DNA of 64,000 nt, from contig NC_068984.1 of assembly GCF_001194135.2 (NCBI RefSeq), forward strand, positions 115,154,031-115,218,030, read 5' to 3'. Below are positions 13,046 to 25,966 of this stretch, one piece after another (the first letter of the stretch is position 1; every line of letters starts with the position of its first letter). The notes under the pieces are model-generated. The model saw nothing but the letters and a program-made list of their open reading frames with translations, did no database searches and had not been told where the DNA came from. The DNA is from Octopus bimaculoides. Its lineage: Eukaryota. The position numbers were made by a program, and so were the translations under genes.

Positions 13046-13755
13046 TTTATTTATTGTTTTATCTTATTCTTTTTACTTATGTATCAAGATAGTCTACAGA
13101 AGATATTCTATAGGAAAATTGCGTGTTATTAAATCAATGATAAATCGAGATACGAAAAAACATAAGAAACTCCCCATCAATAAGTGAAAACTGGCCACAG
13201 TAATAAACAGAAGTAATTTGTTCCAATAACATTTTGATAGAAATTTCATATTAACAAATGAACAGAAATATGTCCTCTATAATAAGTAGGCATGCCTGTG
13301 TGGTAAGAAATTTGCTACCCAACCAATGATTCTAGGATCCGTTCCATTGCGAGATACCTTAGGCAAGCGTCTTTCAATTTCGCTCACAAGGCACTGGTCG
13401 GTCCGAGACTATAGTAGAAAACTTTTACGGAAGTGCCATGCAGCAGGACTGAACTCAAGACCACGCGGTTGGGAAAAATAGTGAGCGAGGTCATTTTCTC
13501 TATAAATGTAAATGAAGTAATAAGTGGTGAAATATTTTTCATTTTAACGAATAAATGATATATGATATAAGAAAAAAATTTCCTCCGCTAATAAATGAAA
13601 GAAATTTTATTCTTAAATTGTATATAACAGAATTCAGGATTAGGTGTTCTCATTGACCTAAAGACTAATATTTATCTTCTATTTCTGATTTATAACGCTT
13701 AAAGTACATATTTCATATTCTTACCAGCCAATAAATTCTTCTCTCTCTCTCTCTA

Positions 13756-13816
<61 letters not shown>

Positions 13817-16257
13817 GCCTAGCGCGCACACTCACACACGGACATATATATTCACAAACTTGCAAAAGATCACATAGAATGAAACTCGAATAGTAAACAG
13901 AAATCTTTCTTATGTGTGCGTTTTGTTTTGTGTGTGTGTGTGTGTATATATATAGAGAGAGAAAGTGAGAAATAGATAGACAGAGGGAAATAGATAAAAT
14001 ATAGCATATTTTGTGTTCCTTCTTGTGTGTGCTTGTGCGCGCGTGTGTGCACATGCGTACATGCGTGCATGCGTCAGTAGAGAGTGAGGGTGATAACTTA
14101 AATCAATATTGTTTTACAGATATTTATTACTTGGTGTGAATATTTATTGCAACAAGTATTTTCAGTCCTTATTTATATACATTTATTATTTATACATGAC
14201 TATTAGATTACAAGCTCCTGAGGTGAACTGATTATTTTTCACAACTCTGGACCCGTCTTCCTCAATAGATAAATATATGTTTACTAAAATAACATAATTA
14301 TAGAAAATATTAGATCCAATACAGTTCGGCTTTTGTACGAACATTTCGCGACCTTTCTGTCCTATTTCGAATTTATAAAACCCAAAGTAGCCTGAAGTGA
14401 GACAGTGAAAGACAGAGATACAGAAAAGGAGAGAGAGGGAGAGAGAGAGATTAAGAGAAATAAAGATGAGAGGAAGCGAAATAAACATTCAAAGTAAGAA
14501 AATTCGGCTTGTTTTATGGAAACAATATACCAGCTATTTCTCAAAGGTGTTCTTATCAGCTCACAATTCTGTAGTGTTTATTTTAACATTAGCTTTTCAG
14601 TAACATGACCATCAGATCGGTTAGTATTTATTATAAACTATGTAATAAATATTAAATGTAACGATTACTTGGAATTGCAAGCCGAAAACAGAAACCATAG
14701 TAATAAAAATAACTAAATATAAATGATTTCACATTTATTCACAAAACCAGCAGTTTTAAATGGAGAGGATAAGTCACTATCATCAACCTTAATACTTTGA
14801 AGGTACTTTCTTTTATATTTCATTGGCCAAGGGAGGGTGAAAAGCAAAGGTGGCCTCAGCCAGGTTTGAATTCGAAATATAAAGAGTCAGAACAAATGTA
14901 GTGATGCATTTTCTCCCGACGTACTCCCGATTCTACCAGTTCATCACCTTAAAAAATATAATTATCATAGGATATTAAAATACCCAACCATCTCAGCATC
15001 TAAATGAAGGAATAAAAATTTGAACCACTGTTCATTTAATAATGTAAGTTTAAAAATATTTATTTATTGACCTACGGTAAATGCAATTAAATATTAAATG
15101 GTTTCTGATTTAGTGACGGGGCCAGCAATTTTGAGGGGAATGCGTTAGTTGATAACATCGATCCCAGTACTTAACGGTGCATTAGTATATTTGTCGAGCC
15201 CGGTGGGTGTAGGGGATGAAATACAAAGTCTAAAATGAGAAGAAAAATGTAATAGGAATCTCGTAATAAAAATATTTCATCGTACAGAAGAATGCAAAAC
15301 TTACGAAGTATGTAGCTATTGTATGAGAAAGGTTAAACTTATGTAAAAATAGGCTCAGACACAATTGTGTGGTGAAGACATTTGCCCCAATGTCATGTGA
15401 TTCCACGTTCAGTTCCACTGAACCATCTTCAATTCCATTTCTAATGGCACTCGCCTTGACCAATGGCAGCCCAGTTTCCGACAGCCATTAACCGGTCTAT
15501 GACTAATCTTTATATTTTGTATCTTTTCATTTGTCTTGCTCGCTTACGTTCTAGTGCTTGCTGAATTTTCTTGAGAACAATCTTTTCTTAGTGGTCAGAC
15601 CATAGGTGGTCTTCTTCTAGCAAAAGGGATGTCCACTTAGTGGTCATCCCTCTTATATCTTTGTAATATAATTTTTCTGAATCTTCACATTTTTCAATTT
15701 GCTAGGCCACTGGTTTTAAATTGATATTAATCAAATTAATATTCAATTTTTCACCCTTATTATATGTGTGTGTGTGTGTGTGTGTGTGTNNNNNNNNNNN
15801 NNNNNNNNNNNNNNNNNNNNNNNNNNNNNNNNNNNNNNNNNNNNNNNNNNNNNNNNNNNNNNNNNNNNNNNNNNNNNNNNNNNNNNNNNNNNNNNNNNNN
15901 NNNNNNNNNNNNNNNNNNNNNNNNNNNNNNNNNNNNNNNNNNNNNNNNNNNNNNNNNNNNNNNNNNNNNNNNNNNNNNNNNNNNNNNNNNNNNNNNNNNN
16001 NNNNNNNNNNNNNNNNNNNNNNNNNNNNNNNNNNNNNNNNNNNNNNNNNNNNNNNNNNNNNNNNNNNNNNNNNNNNNNNNNNNNNNNNNNNNNNNNNNNN
16101 NNNNNNNNNNNNNNNNNNNNNNNNNNNNNNNNNNNNNNNNNNNNNNNNNNNNNNNNNNNNNNNNNNNNNNNNNNNNNNNNNNNNNNNNNNNNNNNNNNNN
16201 NNNNNNNNNNNNNNNNNNNNNNNNNNNNNNNNNNNNNNNNNNNNNNNNNNNNNNNNN

Positions 16258-16298
<41 letters not shown>

Positions 16299-17010
16299 GG
16301 TGAGAGACGGAGGAAGTCGATAGATAGATAGATAAATAGATAGTCAGACAGACAGACATGAATGTAAGTGTTCGTGTAAACAATGGGCTTTCGTGATGTT
16401 TGTGCGAAAACACTTGTTGAAATAAATGACAAGTACTAACAATAAGAGAAGACGTTGATTTCAATAATCGATAAAGTATTTATGCTTGCAAAGAAAAAAA
16501 GAAAAGAAAATAGCGCTTTACCTATCTAGAAATGTAATGTGTTTTACACTTCAATTATATTTTAATATTTTGATCATAAAATACATAACGTATATGGAAA
16601 TTGCGTTACAAATAGTTCACCACCGAATATCTGAAGTTTTCTCTTAGTTGTTATAAACATACACATACGCGCCCTCGTATAACCATTCATGCACATACAC
16701 TCAATCACAGAAACAGATGTGGATGTATATATTCAAATATGCTTGCATATTGGTATATATACATATAGTGAAGTACGAATGTATATGTGTGTTTATATCC
16801 AAGGGGTTACATATTTGTATGTGTATAGACATGACTGCATATAGGTACATATATTTGCGCACGTATAGATAGTGAGAGAGAGGTGGGAGAATGAGAAAGG
16901 GAGAGAGAGAGAGAAAGAGAGAGAGACAGACAGATAGAAAGAAAGAGAGACAGACAGATAGAGAAAGAGGAAGAAAGAGGGATGGATGTATATATATATG
17001 TGTATATATA

Positions 17011-17054
<44 letters not shown>

Positions 17055-17141
17055 NNNNNNNNNNNNNNNNNNNNNNNNNNNNNNNNNNNNNNNNNNNNNN
17101 NNNNNNNNNNNNNNNNNNNNNNNNNNNNNNNNNNNNNNNNN

Positions 17142-17198
<57 letters not shown>

Positions 17199-17857
17199 TT
17201 ATATATATATATACATGTGTGTATTTGTGTCTGTGTACCTGTGAAGCTAAAAACGGTGAAGCTAAGTACACATGTGTATGTATGCATGTATATATATATA
17301 TGTATGTATGTATGTATGTATACAAGTATGCAAGTTATTACTTGTATGTGTGCATATGTATACTTACATGTATATATTTGCATATATATGTACATATGTA
17401 TAAAGAGATAAAATAAATATTTTATGTATGTGTGTGCTTGTGTGGGTGTGCGTGTATAAATACATAAGCATATGCATTATCTATTTATGCACCGCACACA
17501 CACACACCTACACATATACACGCACAAATACAAACACACAGTCACATACACACACTCTCACACAGCCCACACTACCTACACTGTTGTTTGATTTCCACCT
17601 GGAGATATTTGTTCGAACACTGTATCATTCTCTTACCTTTGGCCTACTGAGTTTTCCAAAAAGCGAAAACAAAAACGCTCAGTTTGTTTTTATCATTAAA
17701 TATTTTCAAGGAAAAACAAGAGTAACAACAACAACAACGACAATGAAATTATGTATTTTATTGTTTTCAGTAATCTTTGCTGCTTCAATATCATTATTGT
17801 TGTTGTCGTTGTTTCGTGTTGCATTAATTTTTAGTTCTATATTTAAGAGATGAGGAA

Positions 17858-18363
17858 TTATGTACATTATTTAATTTTGAAGGATATTTGTCCTCCTCTT
17901 GTTTGTTGTTAACACAACGTTTCGGCTGATATACCCTCCAGCCCTCATCAGGTGTCTTGGGGAAATTTCGAACCTGGATTCTCATTCCTAAGGTATTTTT
18001 CGATGTTATCATCATCATCATCATCATCATTATTATTCAGGTCACTACGTGAAATCGAACTCGGAATCTTGGGGTTAGTAGCCCGCGCTCTTAACCACTA
18101 CGGGCATATGGCGTAGTGGTTAAAAGCGCGAGCTACTAACCCCATGATTCCGAGTTCGATTCCAGGCAGTGACCTGAATAATAATAATAGTAATAATAAT
18201 AATAACAACAACAACACCGAAAAATACCTTGGAATGAGAACACAGGTTCGAAATTTCCCCCAAGACACCTGATGAAGCATGGAGGGTATATCAGCCGAAA
18301 TGTTGTGTTATCAACAAACAAGATGAGGACAAATATCTGTTAAATGTAAATAATGCAAATAAT
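17858..18363. mobile_element. Head-to-head inverted dimer of a ~250-bp module (tRNA-like head + simple repeat + hammerhead motif)
   Basis: Arms are reverse complements around CATATG (centre 18107/18108); each has A/B-box-like sequence and a CTGATGA...GAAA motif. Confidence 0.85.
17911..17956 (-). ncRNA. Minimal hammerhead ribozyme motif (Penelope type)
   Basis: GACAC-CTGATGA-G-GGCTG gagggtatat CAGCC-GAAA-CG-TT-GTGTT: stem I GACAC/GTGTT, 5-bp stem II, palindromic AACGTT in place of stem III, GUU cleavage triplet. The partner at 18264-18309 (+) is partly decayed. Confidence 0.75.
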
Positions 18364-19384
18364 GTGCATTGATTTTATTAGAATAATGAACATTAACACA
18401 ATTTCATCGTTATTGGTTAAGACGTGGAACGTTGAACTAGCAGAACTGCCAGAGCGTCGAACAAAATGCCTCGTAGTATTTGTTGCAACTCGTTGCGTTC
18501 TGAGTTCAATTTCCGCTATAGTCAAGCTTTACCTTTCCTCCCTTTTGGGTTCGATGTCATAAGAACCAGATGAGCTCTGCGGTCGATGTAATCGCCTAGC
18601 CCATTCCCCTAAAAATTTCAGGCCTTGTACCTATAATAGAAAGGATTATTCGGATGATGAGCCAGCAGAATCATCAGTGCATCAGACAAAATACTTAGCA
18701 GCATTACTCCAGGTTCTTTACGCCGAGGTCGACTTTGACTTTCGTTCATTCGAAGTCGGTAAATTAAATACCAGTGAAGTACTGAGGTCGACGATATTGA
18801 CTAACCCCTCTCCTCTTAAAATTGCTGGCCTTGTGCCAAAATTAGAAAGAAATACAGTTGCTATTATTATATTGCCACTGAAGTCACCTTTGCCTTTCAT
18901 CCTTTCGGGATCGTTAAAATATAATGCCAAATCCGATACTGAGTTGGATTCGTCTCTTTGTCTAACTCTATCTTTCCGTCTGTCTCTTTCTTTCGTTCTG
19001 GGAGAAATAGACTTTGGCGAGGAATGGGATCCCTCAACTCTAAAATGATCAAGACACTACGTATATCATGAACGGTACTCCTATGACGCCATCAAAGTGC
19101 TAAGATCCTATGCCAAAGCATGATAGAACTAATTTTCATTTTATAAATAGATGTAGCAAATAACATTCGTTTGCTAATAAGAAACGACACTACACTCGAA
19201 ATGCAGGCTACCAACAAAAGACCTAATAACACAAGCTATTAAATCAAAAGGTTCTGACTTGAGTATTTAGACTAAACTGTTTAGACTAAATTTGTTTAGT
19301 CTAAAGTGGGTCTAAAGTGTTATCAGACTAAAGTGTTTAGACCTCAGTGAGAAGATCAAAGTATTTTAGATCTAAGTTCTCTTA

Positions 19385-19578
19385 TACTCTTTTACTCTTT
19401 TACTTGTTTCAGTCATTTGACTGCGGCCATGCTGGAGCACCGCCTTTAGTCGAGCAAATCGACCCCAGGACTTATTCTTTGGAAGCCTAGTACTTATTCT
19501 ATCGGTCTCTTTTTGCCGAACCGCTAAGTTACGGGGACGTAAACACACCAGCATCGGTTGTCAAGCGATGGTGGGGGG

Positions 19579-19647
<69 letters not shown>

Positions 19648-19819
19648 TATATATACGACGGGCTTCTTTCAGTTTCCGTCTACCAAATCCACTCACAAGG
19701 CTTTGGTTGGCCCGAGGCTATAGTAGAAGACACTTGCCCAAGGTGCCACGCAGTGGGACTGAACCCAGAACCATGTGGTTGGTAAGCAAGCTACTTACCA
19801 CACAGCCACTCCTGCGCCT
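19385..19819 (-). mobile_element. Family-B SINE, young full-length copy
   Basis: Head AGGCGCAGGAGTGGCTGTGTGGTAAG, B-box-like GGTTCAGTCCC, internal (TA)n(TG)n, tandem GTAAAAGA tail; highly similar to 23579-24017. Confidence 0.9.
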
Positions 19820-20069
19820 ACAGATCTCCAGATCTCTCAAAATCTTCACAGCCATGCGACTTCCTAAAGTGGAAGAGCGTTTTCGGAAACTGAAAGATGT
19901 TTGAGAAATATTTCATTATTGCAGGGCTTCGTATAAGCAGTAAAATAACATCGTGTTGACATAATTTAGGTGTTTAATGAGTTGAAAACTTCACCCTCAT
20001 AATCAAGATAATAAAAGTTAGTGACTTAAATGGAGTCTGTTTCTGCTTGCAGAGAACCCTCATATTGGT

Positions 20070-20317
20070 TTCAAATTTTGGCGCAAGACCAAAAACCTCA
20101 GAGGTGGGGGTAAGTCGATTACATCTACTCCAAAAATCAAATGGTACTTATTTTATCGACCCCGAAAGGATGAAAGCAAAGTCGACCTTGGCGGAATTTG
20201 AACTCAGACGGTAAAGACAGACGGAATACCGCACAGCATTTTGCCCGGCGTGCTAACGATTTTGCCCGGCGTGCTAACGATTTTGCCCGGCGTGCTAACG
20301 ATTTTGCCAGCTCGTTG
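20070..20317 (-). mobile_element. Family-C SINE with an internal 21-bp triplication
   Basis: Family-C body; ATTTTGCCCGGCGTGCTAACG x3 at 20238-20300. Confidence 0.85.
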
Positions 20318-20409
20318 CCATAGAGAGCCTTGATATTTGTGAAGTACTTGTAACCTAATGTCAGCTTCTATATTTAGGTTCCTCTTAAATATTTAAATTC
20401 TTTTTTGTT

Positions 20410-20820
20410 ATCGAATATAGTGAAAAAGAACTTGTTTCACTGAAATATGTAGTTGGAAATTGCCTTGACACCTTTAAAGCTTTTCAGCTTTTAATAGGGT
20501 GTTTTCCATTAATAATGCAATGCAAAAAATTCTGTCAGTTCTACTTGTTGGGATTTTGATTGTAACTTAAAATCATTTGCAATGCCTATTCAATTTCCTA
20601 TGTCTTTTTTCTTTCATTGAAAGTTTTCCCAAGTATAACGGGTTTATAAATGGGTTGTCAATTCGAAGCTACTCTTCAGTTTACACGTATCAGACAAACG
20701 TTATAAACTTGTATATTTTGTATCTTGACTCAAAGTTTGGGTTCAATTGTTTTTAGAATTACGTAAAAAAATTGGGTTATTCTATTTGAACGGCTTTTAA
20801 AACGTTCAACCAAACTAACG
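20410..20820 (-). pseudogene. Fossil hAT (Buster/Charlie-like) transposase C-terminus
   Basis: Frameshifted translation RIDNPF...LSMKE...IANDFKLQ...ELTEF...KHP.KS*KALKVSRQFPTTYFSETSSFS resembles the hAT dimerisation-domain pattern (W.RNPF; YP.L..KA.K....F.TTYLCE..FS). Confidence 0.65.
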
Positions 20821-21270
20821 ATCAGTGTTTGATGTGGAGAATGGTATAGCTTTCTGACATATCCACTTGCTTGAATGCAATTTTGTTTAATAGTAAAAGA
20901 AAAACCACCGAGGTTTTCAACACACTTAACATTATCATTGGTTATGTTGCTACCTCCACCACTCACTATCATTTTTACTTTACCCTTAATAATGTAAATT
21001 TTACTTCGGATTTTCAAAATATCCTGTTGGTATATTGTATTTCTCCATTAACCCTTCGCTTGTCCTCTGTGTCATGTGATACCCATGACATATTTCCCTG
21101 GCATCCATTCATCATATATGATACACTTACCCTTTTTTTTTCACTAGAGCTATCAGTGTAAGCTGAGACATATGAAAGCTTTATGTTACTCAGAACGTAT
21201 AACCTAAAAGTCTGAAAACAAACAAGGACGTTTAACAAATTTATGAAAATACAAGAACAAGCAAAGGGTT

Positions 21271-21656
21271 GCTGTTGTTGGCACTCCGTCGCTTACGACG
21301 TCGAGGGTTCCAGTTGATCCGATCAACAGAACGGCCTACTCGTGAAATTAACGTGCAAGTGACTGAGCACTCCACGGACACGTGTACCCTTAACGTAGTT
21401 CTCGGGGATATTCAGCGTGACAGTGTGACAAGGCTGACCCTTTGAATTACAGACACAACAGAAACAGGAAGTAAGAGTGAGAGTAAGTTGTGGTGAAAGA
21501 GTACAGCAGGATTCGCCACCATCCCCTGCCGGAGCCTCGTGGAGCTTTAGGTGATTTCGCTCAATAAACACTCACAACGCCCGGTCTGGGAATCGAAACC
21601 GCGATCCTATGACCGCGAGTCCGCTTCCCTAACCACTGGGCCATTGCGCCTCCTCT
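21271..21656 (-). mobile_element. Family-A tRNA-derived SINE with (CAA)n tail
   Basis: A box GGCCCAGTGGTTAGG, B box GGTTTCGATTCCC; exact 12-bp TSD AAGCAAAGGGTT at 21259-21270 and 21657-21668. Confidence 0.92.
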
Positions 21657-21910
21657 AAGCAAAGGGTTAACAGCGATCTTTAGCTTGGTTGAAAATTTTA
21701 AAAGATGTTCAAATAGAAATAACCCAATTTCTTTACGCAATTCTAAAAACAACCATACCAAAACTTCAACTCGTATTATTAGCTCAATTTTACAAAAATC
21801 TGACATTTCATGACTACATTTAGATACTATATCATGAAAAAATTGCACGCTATCAATTTTTTTGACACATTTTGAAACCTGCCATGCATTTCACCAAATC
21901 TTTCCCACAG

Positions 21911-21984
21911 GACAGTTTTCTACAGGTGTACATACTTCACCTGCTTTTGCCAGTCAGTACCAAATGCTGTGTGAAGCAAATAAG
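21911..21984 (+). other. Candidate 74-nt internal exon of an unidentified transcript
   Basis: TCTTTCCCACAG|G acceptor and AAG|GTATTT donor; two frames open. No homology recognised. Confidence 0.35.
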
Positions 21985-23578
21985 GTATTTAATTTTTTTT
22001 TTACATAAAATATAAAAATGCAGCTTTCCCTTGATCTAGTCCCAATACTTTCTCTTAAAAGATTTTGTTTTAATTCGAACGTGTTGTCTCTAAATATCAC
22101 TTTAGTTTATTGGATTTAAGTTACAATTTAAAACCTTTCCAAATCTAATACGCAATCCAGTGCATCAATCTGGGTCACACAGTAAACAATAAAACTTTCT
22201 CCATATTTTCTTTATTTTATTTATCCTTTGAAAATGAATCAGCTGTAGGCTAAAGCTAAGTCTTTCGTTTATGTTACTTGAATTCCGCCGCTTAGTAATT
22301 AATTTATTATCGATTTTAAATATTTATTTATTCGGGGATAAAAAAAATAGAGTGCGAGTTATTGATTACAGAAAATTCGTTACCTTCTCCACGCATGCAA
22401 CAGAAAAGTCATTAAACTATTCAACAACAATACTGTGCACTATTTTTAACAAACACTTCACATTTATTGTTGAGTGGACTGAAAGCAATTAAAAATTATT
22501 GCGTAATGCTAGCTTAAGTCGACAAATTTCATCAGTTAAGCAGAATATACCCAGAATATTTCAACATCAAAACTAAGTATTTGTCTTGGTTAAAAATCAC
22601 TATTTCTCCATTGACAAGTCTTAATGTTAGTGATTGACGTTGAAGAAAGACTGGGAGCCACTTAAAATCAAGAGAGATAATTTCTACTTAATATATTACT
22701 ATTACAATCAAAACCATTTCTTTGTCCTTCTTCAAATGTACTTAAGCTGTGTGCTACTCGAAATCTATTTGAAACACAAGTGTTTGTGATTGTTATGGCA
22801 GCATCGATAATTGTTCTTGATAGATCAGTGATTCTAATGGAAATATCGCGATTGCTTTGGAAATATCAATGATTGTTACGATTTGCTTCGGATCTCTAAT
22901 CTTTCTACCAGCGCCACCAATAAAATGATTAGATGGGATGTATTTGGTTTCGATTTTCTATTTTTTATTGCTAGAATCTCTTCTTTTTCTGATTTATCGA
23001 CTGAATAGTAATCAAGCAAAAGTTATTGTCGAATTTATATATAAAGTCTTGTTAAGTTTGCGTGTGTCTGTGTGTGCGCATATGGGTGTCTGTGTGTCAG
23101 AAGTCTATGTTGCATTATCTTCCTCCTCCTGTGCGTGTGGCTATGTATGTGAATATGTATGCATGTGTGACAACTACGTAATTGCTGAATGAGTGCAAAA
23201 CATTGGATATGTTGAAGGTCGAATACAGAGGAGAGATAAAAAGATAAACGATAGAATTATTGGATGGAAAATGCATGTCCCAGGTGTGTATATATATGTA
23301 TGTTGAACTTATGTGGTATTCATTGATTTAACAGCAGTGAATTTACTATGTACGCGTATAATCGACTCGCTAGAAATAGCAGCAAAATCCTCCTTCCTTC
23401 AAATTATAACCTATTGTCTTCAAAATAAGATACATTCGACACAGTTTTAGATATAAGAATTCGGGAGTGTTACAGTTGAAATGCCCTTCAATCCTAAGCC
23501 TATTTAATCATACTGACATATGATTTTAAAATGTTATCTAGGTGTTTCATTCAAAATGAATAATAATTTTTTTTAAAT

Positions 23579-23795
23579 ACTCTCTTACTCTCTTTTACTC
23601 TTTTACTTGTTTCAGTCATTTGACTGCGGCCATGCTGAAGCACCGCCTTTAGTCGAGCAAATCGACCCCAGAACTTATTCTTTATAAGCCTAGTACTTAT
23701 TCTATCGGACTCTTTTGCCGAACCGCTAAGTTACGGGGACGTAAACACACCAGCATCGGTTGTCAAGCGATGTTGAGGGGACAAACATAGACACA

Positions 23796-23853
<58 letters not shown>

Positions 23854-24017
23854 CGACGGGCTTCTTTCAGTTTCTGTCTACCAAATCCACTCACAAGGCT
23901 TTGGTCGGCCCGGGGCTATAGTAGAAGACACTTGCCTAAGGTACCACGCAGTGGAAATGAACCCGGAACCATGTGGTTGGTAAGCAAGCTACTTACAACA
24001 TAGCCACTCCTGCGCCT
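23579..24017 (-). mobile_element. Family-B SINE, young full-length copy
   Basis: Near-identical organisation and sequence to 19385-19819. Confidence 0.9.
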
Positions 24018-24299
24018 TAACAAACCAAGCATTTATAGTAATATGAATATTAATGCATTTATGTAGCTTATAACAGGGACTGGCAGAAAAACTTCCCATA
24101 TTTAACACGGCTTTGGCGTGGGGCTAGTAAAGTATGGCAGGTAGTAACTGTATGCTATTGTAGCTAACGTCCTATCGTTCTCCTTTTTAGTTATCTTCTT
24201 AGTTTGGACTAGTGCACGTTGTGCATTTGCTGTTGAAACTTTTATCAAAAATGGTGAATTGGGGTTTTTGCCGCACCCCGTAGAAGGGTATGTGCATGG

Positions 24300-24650
24300 C
24301 CTTCCATCTACAAAACTTGAGGTGGATTCTCAATCACGAACAATGAGGTCCTGGCGTGCACGCATATACCCAGCCTTCTCATCATACTGCAACTACAACG
24401 CCTCTGCTGATTGGGCCATACAGACGGCACGTCAGATAGGCGGGTCCCAAATGACATACTCTATGGTGAACTGACCGCCGATAAGACAACACAGAGTCTA
24501 CTCCCATCTTCGTTTCAAAGATATCTGCAAAAGAGACGTGAAGTGTCTTGATATGAGCATTGCATATAGGAGGACATTGCTGATAATCACTCTCGCAAGA
24601 GACTGGAACTAGACAAAGATTTAAAAAGATGAGTGGTGAAAGTGCTTTCT
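24300..24650 (+). mobile_element. RTE-clade LINE 3' coding remnant
   Basis: NNEVLACTHIPSLLIILQLQRLC*LGH...DRRVPNDILYGEL...PHLRFKDICKRD matches the post-RT region pattern of RTE elements (N.EVL; RL.WLGH; P..ILYGEL; LRFKD..KRD). Confidence 0.8.
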
Positions 24651-24671
24651 AATACAGTCACTGCAGCTGGG

Positions 24672-25022
24672 GTGGAGGCGCAATGGCCTAGTGGTTAGCG
24701 CAGCAGCCTCGCGGTCATAGGATCGCGGTTTCGATTCCCAGACCGGCCGTTGTGAGTATTTATTGAGCGAAAACACCTAAAGCTCCACGAGGCTCCGGCA
24801 GGGGATGGTGGTGAACCCTGCTGTACTCTTTCTTCTGTTGTGCCTGTAATTCAAAGGGCCAGCCTTGTCACACTGTCACGCTGAACATCCCCGAGAACTA
24901 CGTTAAGGGTACACGTGTCTGTGGAGTGCTCAGCCACTTGCACGTTAATTTCACGAGCAGGCTGTTCCGTTGATCGGATCAACTGGAACCCTCGATGTCA
25001 TAAGCGACGGAGTGCCAACAAA
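24672..25022 (+). mobile_element. Family-A SINE (tail runs into gap)
   Basis: Highly similar to 47024-47418, with a short internal deletion. Confidence 0.9.
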
Positions 25023-25895
25023 NNNNNNNNNNNNNNNNNNNNNNNNNNNNNNNNNNNNNNNNNNNNNNNNNNNNNNNNNNNNNNNNNNNNNNNNNNNNNN
25101 NNNNNNNNNNNNNNNNNNNNNNNNNNNNNNNNNNNNNNNNNNNNNNNNNNNNNNNNNNNNNNNNNNNNNNNNNNNNNNNNNNNNNNNNNNNNNNNNNNNN
25201 NNNNNNNNNNNNNNNNNNNNNNNNNNNNNNNNNNNNNNNNNNNNNNNNNNNNNNNNNNNNNNNNNNNNNNNNNNNNNNNNNNNNNNNNNNNNNNNNNNNN
25301 NNNNNNNNNNNNNNNNNNNNNNNNNNNNNNNNNNNNNNNNNNNNNNNNNNNNNNNNNNNNNNNNNNNNNNNNNNNNNNNNNNNNNNNNNNNNNNNNNNNN
25401 NNNNNNNNNNNNNNNNNNNNNNNNNNNNNNNNNNNNNNNNNNNNNNNNNNNNNNNNNNNNNNNNNNNNNNNNNNNNNNNNNNNNNNNNNNNNNNNNNNNN
25501 NNNNNNNNNNNNNNNNNNNNNNNNNNNNNNNNNNNNNNNNNNNNNNNNNNNNNNNNNNNNNNNNNNNNNNNNNNNNNNNNNNNNNNNNNNNNNNNNNNNN
25601 NNNNNNNNNNNNNNNNNNNNNNNNNNNNNNNNNNNNNNNNNNNNNNNNNNNNNNNNNNNNNNNNNNNNNNNNNNNNNNNNNNNNNNNNNNNNNNNNNNNN
25701 NNNNNNNNNNNNNNNNNNNNNNNNNNNNNNNNNNNNNNNNNNNNNNNNNNNNNNNNCTCTTTCAGTTTCTGTGTTTCCGTCTCCTAAATCCACTCAGAAG
25801 GCTTTGTTTGGCCCGAGGCTATAACAGAAGGCGCTTACCCAAGGTGCTACGCAGTGGGACTAAATCTGAAACCGTCTTACCACACAGCCACGAAT

Positions 25896-25966
<71 letters not shown>

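Noticed and set aside
18108-18175. tRNA gene
   Set aside because: No acceptor stem can be formed and it lies in a repeat arm; treated as a tRNA-derived head. The same applies to the SINE heads.
19265-19345. GTTTAGACTAAA-type short tandem repeat
   Set aside because: Ordinary degenerate minisatellite with no further structure.
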